Shown here: one piece after another, positions 56,584 to 64,000 of the stretch
Layout of the letters: each line of letters opens with the position of its first letter
Numbering within the stretch: position 1 is the first letter of the stretch
NCBI GenBank assembly: GCA_002269645.1
Contig: NIVC01000936.1
Location: 1 to 64,000 of the forward strand
Reading direction: 5' to 3'
Source of the DNA: Macrostomum lignano
Taxonomy: Eukaryota
Length of the DNA: 64,000 nucleotides
Program-made: the position numbers and the translations under genes
The notes under the pieces: model-generated
What the model was told of the DNA's origin: nothing
The model's input: only the letters and a program-made list of their open reading frames with translations
The model's database searches: none

Positions 56584-58651
56584 TATATAAAACTAGTCTT
56601 TATTTTAGTTAATGTAAATGATACTGTGCAAATAATGAGTGCTTTATATATCATAACTTTTATAAAATAGCTACTGTATGAATAAGTAGAGCAGTATTGC
56701 CTATTGCCTTGGCATGGTACCAATATTTTTAAAAATATTAGACCTAATTTTTTCCTAAGTGCATCATAAACTAGGCCCTAGCTTTTAAAGAAGATAAGGC
56801 CTAGTCAATAGATAACATTCTTCAAAGAACAATTAAAAAATATGGGTAAACAAAACCTTTTTGTGCATTATCAGGTTAATTTATATAAACAACACATAAC
56901 ACAATGGGGCAATGGCAAACAGTAATTAAAATTAAGACTGGATTAAAATAAAAATTGAAACTTTTAATGTCTATGGACATTCAGAAGGTCTTTTTATATT
57001 CTGAAAAGCTGACAATTTTTAAATGAGTGTCAAGCAAAACAAAGAGTCGATTATAATTTTATTAATTTTAATCCAAAATATTTACAATATACGCCTACCC
57101 TGTGTTTGTGTTGCAAATTTAACTACAGATATTTATAATCTGATCCGTTATGCAATCTTCAACAGTTTTGCATTTCATCATTGCGTCGGGATTGAAATTG
57201 AATGACTCTACTTTTTCGCTAAACAATTGAATCTAACTCTAAGTTTTCTCCCAGAATTTTTTTAATTTTAAAACTTTTTTGTATGCATCAAGCTATTTAC
57301 ATTTTAATGAGCATGCTGTAATATGTTTGCTGACTTGTTTTGTTCAGCTGACAGACCGTTACTTGCATTTTTGAGATTTTTAGCTGAGCAGATTATAATC
57401 ACCTCCTAACAACTAGCCGTAAATTTCTCTCTCGAATTCAGAAATGCTTTATATCCGAAAAACATTTTTAACAAGAAATAAAAAACTTTAACACTTAACG
57501 TCGGATTCAGAGCCCGGCCGTTTTTCGGATACGATTCTTCTTCGGAACGTTCCGAAAAAGGCAAAGTGAAAAGTTCTAATTCTGAGCAAATTCTTTTATT
57601 CTTGTTCTGGAATCGGTGATACGACAAAATAAATTGTAGGAATAATGCTTTTTACGCATGCCATGTAACAGTTTTAATTAATATTTTATTCATAGCACCT
57701 CACTGCACGCAAGTACTCATTTGATGCTACAACAAAATACCTCTCCGAACAGAGATCTGTTAGGCGACAACCGGATGTCCATGGCCATTAGCAACAGACT
57801 CTGCTATCTTATGGCGGCTTTTACTAATGTACCGTACTTCGGTGGCATTCAATTCGGTACTGCACACTTACGTACGACTATATATATGGCTAAAGTTCGG
57901 TGGCGATCGTTGGCAGAGGACTTGTGCAACCGCGTCTGCCGCGGGGACAACACTACGGAGTCATTCTGATGAGGCAGAATATTTGATAAATCAGTGTTAG
58001 AGAGTTTCTACATGCGTTGGATTGGGTGGGCTTAGACATACGTCACGTAAACTAGTCAGTTAATCGATACTCCCAGTTAATTTTGGTTCTCATCCCGGCC
58101 GCTACTAAAAGCCCGATTCTGTCTCTATAGCTATCGTTCAGTAACCAGTTCAAAATCGCTAATCAGGTCGCCGCCGCGATTCCTGCCACCTACAGTTTAG
58201 CTGCAGTTTTTCTCGTTCGCAACCGCGCACAACAACTACGGACTGTCTTTGACAATACTATTGTATTTTAGAGTAAAAAATTGAAATAAAAACAAAAAAA
58301 ATTACTCTAGTAAAAGACGTATAAATCAAATAAAATTTTAAAAGCACGCCCAATACAGACTAGTAGATATATGCCAGATAGTATTCATAATTTATTACAT
58401 TTATAGACAACAATGAATTGTCAGCAAGAAGGAGAAAACAGTTGTGAGAGCCAGTTTAAATGGAGCATGATTTTCACCAATTAGCAGATTAGAGATTGCA
58501 ACTGCAACAAATAGAATACAAAAGGTAATAGGCCTAAGTCGGTCTCATATTGAATTTGTCTATCACCGAGAAATATTAGAAATACAGATTTTAATATCTC
58601 ACGGAAAACTTGTTCAGCTCTTATAAAGAGTAGCATAAACATTTGCTGTTT

Positions 58652-59513
58652 AATCTACCTGCAGTAAATCTACCTAGAGTCAATCTATCTGCAGTAAATC
58701 TACCTGCAATAAATCTATCTGCAGTAAATCTACCTGCAGTAAATCTACCTGCAGTAAATCTACCTGCAGTAAATCTACCTGCAGTAAATCTACCTGCAGT
58801 AAATCTACCTGCAGTAAATATACCAGCAGTAAATCTACCTGCAGTAAATCTACCTGCAGTAAATCTATCTGCAGTAAATCTACCTGCAGTAAATCTACCT
58901 GCAGTAAATCTACCTGCAGTAAATCTACCTGCAGTAAATCTACCTGCAGTAAATCTACCTGCAGTAAATCTACCTGCAGTAAATCTACCTGCAGTAAATC
59001 TACCTGCAGTAAATCTACCTGCAGTAAATCTACCTGCAGTAAATCTACCTGCAGTAAATCTACCTGCAGTAAATCTACCTGCAGTAAATCTACCTGCAGT
59101 AAATCTACCTGCAGTAAATCTACCTGCAGTAAATCTACCTGCAGTAAATCTACCTGCAGTAAATCTACCTGCAGTAAATCTACCTGCAGTAAATCTATCT
59201 GCAGTAAATATACCAGCAGTAAATCTACCTGCAGTAAATCTACCTGCAGTAAATCTACCTGCAGTAAATCTACCTGCAGTAAATCTACCTGCAGTAAATC
59301 TACCTGCAGTAAATCTACCTGCAGTAAATCTACCTGCAGTAAATCTACCTGCAGTAAATCTACCTGCAGTAAATCTACCTGCAGTAAATCTACCTGCAGT
59401 AAATCTACCTGCAGTAAATCTACCTGCAGTAAATCTACCTGCAGTAAATCTACCTGCAGTAAATCTACCTGCAGTAAATCTACCTGCAGTAAATCTACCT
59501 GCAGTAAATCTAC
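58652..59513. repeat. 15-bp tandem array (AAATCTACCTGCAGT), ~57 copies, just 3' of ACTR10
   Basis: Direct reading; source of the AVNLP and RFTAG ORFs. Confidence 0.98.
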
Positions 59514-59602
59514 AGCAATCTACCATCCAACGCCACCAAAAGAAGATGAAAATAATTGGCAAACCAGAACCTGTCAATCAGTTGAAAAGCAGCGGAGGAT
59601 CA

Positions 59603-62600
59603 TCACCGCCTCTCCAGTCCTTTGGCAGCCTCCTCCTGAGACGACAGCGACCCGTGGAAGAACTCCGGCCAGTCGGGCATCCGGTCGCCACTAAGCCGGT
59701 ACTGCTCCCGAGTCAGGGCGCGAACTCCCATCACTTCCAGGGCGCCCATGATGGCGCCGCCCAGCCAAGCAATAAAATTTGCTTTGCCAGGCGGACTGTG
59801 AAACTTGAACGGGGCGAGGCCGGCCAGTTGGCGGTAGCGCGGCTGCTCCAGCAGGGCGGTCAGCTCCTCGCGTAGGCGCGAGTTGAACCCAGGCAGCATT
59901 GCCGTGCCGCCGATCACCTGCGGGATGGAGGAGGCGCGGATGAGGGTCAGGGTGTGGGATGCTGAGGCTCAGGTTGTGGGGTGCTGAGGATCAGGGTGTG
60001 GGATGCTGAGGATCAGGGTGTGGAATGCTGAGGGTGAGGGTGTGGGGTACTGAGGAGCAGGGTGTGGGGTACTGAGAATCAGGGTGTGGGGTGCTGAGGG
60101 TCAGGGTGTGGGGTACTGAGAATCGGGGTGGGGTACACAGGATCAGGGTGTGGGATGCTGAGGGTCAGGGTGTGGGGTACTGAGAATCAGGGTGTGGGGT
60201 GCTGAGGGTCAGGGTGTGGGGTACTGAGAATCAGGGTGTGGGATGCTGAGGATCAGGGTGTAGGATGCTGAGGGTCAGGGTGTGGGGTACTGAGGATCAG
60301 GGTGTGGGGTACTGAGAATCAGGGTGTGGGGTACTGAGGATCAGGGTGTGGGGTACTGAGAATCAGGGTGTGGGGTACTGAGAATCAGGGTGTGGGGTGC
60401 TGAGGGTCAGGGTGGGGTGCTGAGAATCAGGGTGTGAGGTGCTGAGGGTCAGGGTGGGGTGCTGAGAATCAGGGTGTGAGGTGCTGAGGGTTAGGGTGTG
60501 GGGTACTGAGAATCAGGGTGTGAGGTGCTGAGGATCAGGGTGTGAGGTGCTGAGGATCAGGGTGTGGGGTACTGAGAATCAGGGTGTGGGGTACTGAGAA
60601 TCAGGGTGTGAGGTGCTGAGGGTCAGGGTGTGGGATGCTCAGAGTCCCAGAGAATCCAATTTTGAGAATCGGGAGGGCTGCAAGTCACTAAAATCCCATT
60701 TCAAAGATCATTAAATCCCCAGACACACCAGTATATTGGAGGCCAGCTGTGCTCGCAGATCAACAGGGCACATCAGGAGGGAGTCCAGCAGCAGAGCGGG
60801 CAGGCTGACCCCATCAGAGTCTGGCTCAAACAGGGCCTCGCAGGCGAGCTCGCGAACCCTGCCGGGGACGCTTAGAAGTCGACGACCGCCGTCCAGCGGC
60901 AGCTCGAAGTCCACGGGCCGCGGTTCCGGATCTGACGAGGCCGACGGGGTGTCTTCGCTGGAGGCCGCGGCGGCGGCGGCAGCGTAGGTAGCGGCGCGAG
61001 CTCGGCGGGTGACGAAACAGGCGCGAACTTTGATGTCTTCGCAGAGCGACTCGGGAACGAGGCGCTGCCAGTTGGGCGTCTGCGGAGCGCATGAATTTTA
61101 GACAGCTATTGGGTTTGAGTCCTGTGAATTACCAGCTCGCCTCAGGATCCTTCAGTAAGCCACCGCTAACCCTTCAGGGATCCTTCAGTTGAACATTTTT
61201 GTCTCTCTATTTTGCAAGATAGTCACTGCCACCCAGTCGGTTGGTCACTGCAACCATGTCAGTTGCTCACTGCCACCCAGTCAGTTGGTCACTGCCACCC
61301 AGTCAGTTGGTCACTGCCACCATGTCAGTTGCTCACTGCCACCCAGTCAGTTGGTCACTGCCACCCAGTCGGTTGGTCACTGCAACCATGTCAGTTGCTC
61401 ACTGCCACCATGTCAGTTGGTCACTGCCACCATTTCAGTTGCTCACTGCCACCATTTCAGTTGGTCACTGCCACCATGTCAGTTGGTCTCTGCCACCATG
61501 TCAGTTGGTCACTGCCACCATGTCAGTTGGTCACTGCCACCATGTCAGTTGGTCACTGCCACCATGTCAGTTGCTCACTGCCACCATGTCAGTTGGTCAC
61601 TGCCACCATGTCAGTTGGTCACTGCCACCCAGTCGGTTTGTCACTGCCACCATGTCAGTTGGTCACTGCCACCCAGTCAGTTGGTCACTGCCACCCAGTC
61701 GGTTGGTCACTGCAACCATGTCAGTTGCTCACTGCCACCCTGTCAGTTGGTCACTGCCACCATGTCAGTTGCTCACTGCCACCCAGTCAGTTGGTCACTG
61801 CCACCATGTCGGTTGCTCACTGCCACCCAGTCAGTTGGTCACTGCCACCCAGTCGGTTGGTCACTGCAACCATGTCAGTTGCTCACTGCCACCATGTCAG
61901 TTGGTCACTGCCACCATTTCAGTTGCTCACTGCCACCATTTCAGTTGGTCACTGCCACCATGTCAGTTGGTCTCTGCCACCATGTCAGTTGGTCACTGCC
62001 ACCATGTCAGTTGGTCACTGCCACCATGTCAGTTGGTCTCTGCCACCATGTCAGTTGGTCACTGCCACCATGTCAGTTGGTCACTGCCACCATGTCAGCT
62101 GGTCACTGCCACCATGTCAGCTGTTCACTGTCACCATGTCAGTTGGTTACTGCCCTCCCATGTGCCGAATCATTCTTACCTTCTCCAGCTTCTCTCCTCC
62201 ATCAAGAGCAGCCTCAGACCCCAGCAGGCGCTGCAAATTCAAATGAATAGCCTCAGCTCCCAGCGGAGCAGCTTGCCAAGCTTTGAGCACGGAGACTCCG
62301 TGAAATACGGGCACTACAAGGGCCTCTTTGTAGCCGCAGTCCAGCACCAGGCCAGTCTGGGTGCCTAGCGGCAGCAGGCTGAGCAGATGAGCCGGGGCGA
62401 ACAGCAGCGATGGCGCTTCGAAGTGATGGAACAGCACGTCTGCTACGGTGTCGCGAATCAGCGTTGGACAGAGCACTGACTCTACTAGGAGCACTGGCCG
62501 CTCTTTGGGATTCACCAGCAGGTACCTGAGTGTTTGATTGTCAAAATGCTGGGCTTTTAGGCTCATTCTTACCTAATTCTAGGCTGATCAGCTAAGGTGA

Positions 62601-63330
62601 TTCCTAAAGTTTTGTAGGTGACTCTTAAAGGAATTTTAGGTGACTCCTAAAAGTATTTTAGGTGATCTTTAAAGCTTATAGATTATAGGTGATTATTAGA
62701 AGGATTTTAGGTGATTCCAAGAGGTATTTTAGGGACTTCTAAAAGGATTTTAGGTGACTCCTAAATGTATTTTAGGTGATCTTTATACGCGTTGTACTCG
62801 TAGGTGAACCCTAGAGGGATTTCATGTGACTATTAGGATTTTAGGCGACTCCTGAAAATTGTTTAGGTGATTCCTAAAGGATTTTTAGGTGATTTCTAAA
62901 GGTATTATAGGTGACTCCTAAAAGTATTTTAGGTGATAAAGTTATTTTAGGTGATTCCCAGAGGAATTTTAAAAAGCATTTTGGGTGAGTTTTTAAACTT
63001 TTATGAAAATACAAGCGTAGACTACAGCCTTGTAAATCATTGAGTTAAAATAATCAGGTAATTTATTGACTTACTTAAAATAGATCGAGTGAAAAAAGTC
63101 AACAAGAAGTGCCCGCAAGTCGTCCTTGTCCTTGTAGTCCCAGACATTACGTGGAACTCCAATTGACTGGAAAAAGTGTAATGAGCAACAAAAGTTAGCA
63201 TGGGTGCAAATTAAATTAGCAAAATATTTAACATAAAACTCCAACCTGCAATGGCGCTTCGCCAACTCGAGTTTTAACCGCCACAGATGGGCTGATCCAT
63301 CGGGGTGCGAACTCACCAGCAATGCCGCAC
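59603..63330 (-). CDS. ACTR10: Actin-related protein 10 (Arp11, dynactin pointed end), 5'-partial; exons 63330-63246, 63166-63075, 62525-62180, 61079-60729, 59917-59603
   Basis: CGIAGEFAPRWISPSV, YFKYLLVNPKERPVLLVESVLCP, VLDCGYKEALVVPV, EDIKVRACFV, VIGGTAMLPGF and AWLGGAIMGAL are colinear with human ACTR10. All junctions are phase-compatible. Confidence 0.93.
59940..60640. repeat. 22-bp tandem array (TGAGAATCAGGGTGTGGGGTAC) in the last ACTR10 intron
   Basis: Direct reading. Confidence 0.93.
61222..62155. repeat. 22-bp tandem array (TCAGTTGGTCACTGCCACCATG) in an ACTR10 intron
   Basis: Direct reading. Confidence 0.95.
62590..62960. repeat. Degenerate ~22-bp array (AGGATTTTAGGTGACTCCTAAA) in an ACTR10 intron
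   Basis: AGGTGA recurs mostly at 21-22-bp spacing. Confidence 0.8.
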
Positions 63331-64000
63331 CTGCGAAAATTTATTGTTAAAGGCTTAAGCCATAGAATTAAAAACTGCAATAATAAAAAACTGTATCTTT
63401 AACAAGACAATAGCAATATTTGAAAATATTTTTTGAAGAGCAAGCAACGAAACATTCAATCATTAGTATACACTGCTTTGAAATTGTCTAGAAGAACTTC
63501 TATAGATTTATAGGCATATTTACCTATTTGCATAAATGAGTTGTCAGTAGTAAGTTGGCATATAGTTGGTGTGAAATTCCTATTAGCACAATGTTAAAGA
63601 TATAACAAAATTAGAAAATTGGCATATATAGTACACCTTTGTGTTCTATTGCAAGGGTTAAGCTATAGTTTTCTGACAAATGCATGTAGTTTCACTATAG
63701 GCGAAATATGAATTTGCAAAATATATTTTAATTTGATAGACTTCTTAAACTATAGGTGTAGAAATTGTTTCAGTTTTATCAGAGTCATAATTTAGCTAAT
63801 TTTTGCAAAAAAAAACTAATTTTTGCTAAATTTAAGCTTTTTTATGTAGCTTCAACCCAAATTCATATAGCCTAAAACCAATCATTGGGACAAAGGGAAG
63901 AGATGTTTGGGATGAAAATATTATTTAATGAGATTACTTAATATACCATTTCTTTAATATAAATTTATTCATATCAATTCTTTGACCTTTGGGGAGCACC

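Overview
Eukaryotic (animal) genomic DNA with spliceosomal introns and very dense tandem repeats. The style resembles a free-living flatworm such as Macrostomum, but that is inference only. Recognisable genes: a KChIP-type neuronal calcium sensor (+), an intronless CLK/LAMMER kinase (-), a large multi-C2H2 zinc-finger gene (+), calreticulin (-) and ACTR10/Arp11 (-, 5' end outside the window). By hand I also built four genes with no family name: a CCaaX-terminated protein broken by two frameshifts, a 3-exon gene with a GC-AG intron, a 5-exon gene spanning 29.3-47.4 kb, and a gene carrying only the POC1 C-terminal coiled coil with no WD40 repeats. The centrepiece is a young 12.3-kb Ty3/Gypsy LTR retrotransposon (30738-43071, -). 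It has 2.2-kb LTRs, a tRNA-Leu PBS and one intact 1543-aa ORF that contains Gag, a dUTPase-like domain, RT, RNase H and integrase but no aspartic protease or zinc knuckle. It sits in phase inside a (GATA)n microsatellite in an intron of the 5-exon gene. It also appears to carry a spliceable PBS-containing leader and an antisense internal promoter. Other elements are an internally deleted Tc1/IS630 transposon, two tRNA-derived SINE-like heads, two MITEs and about 17 tandem arrays, one of which repeats a branch-point/AG|GT recursive-splice-like unit. No CRISPR, rRNA or genuine tRNA gene was found. All exon models and alignments were done by eye.
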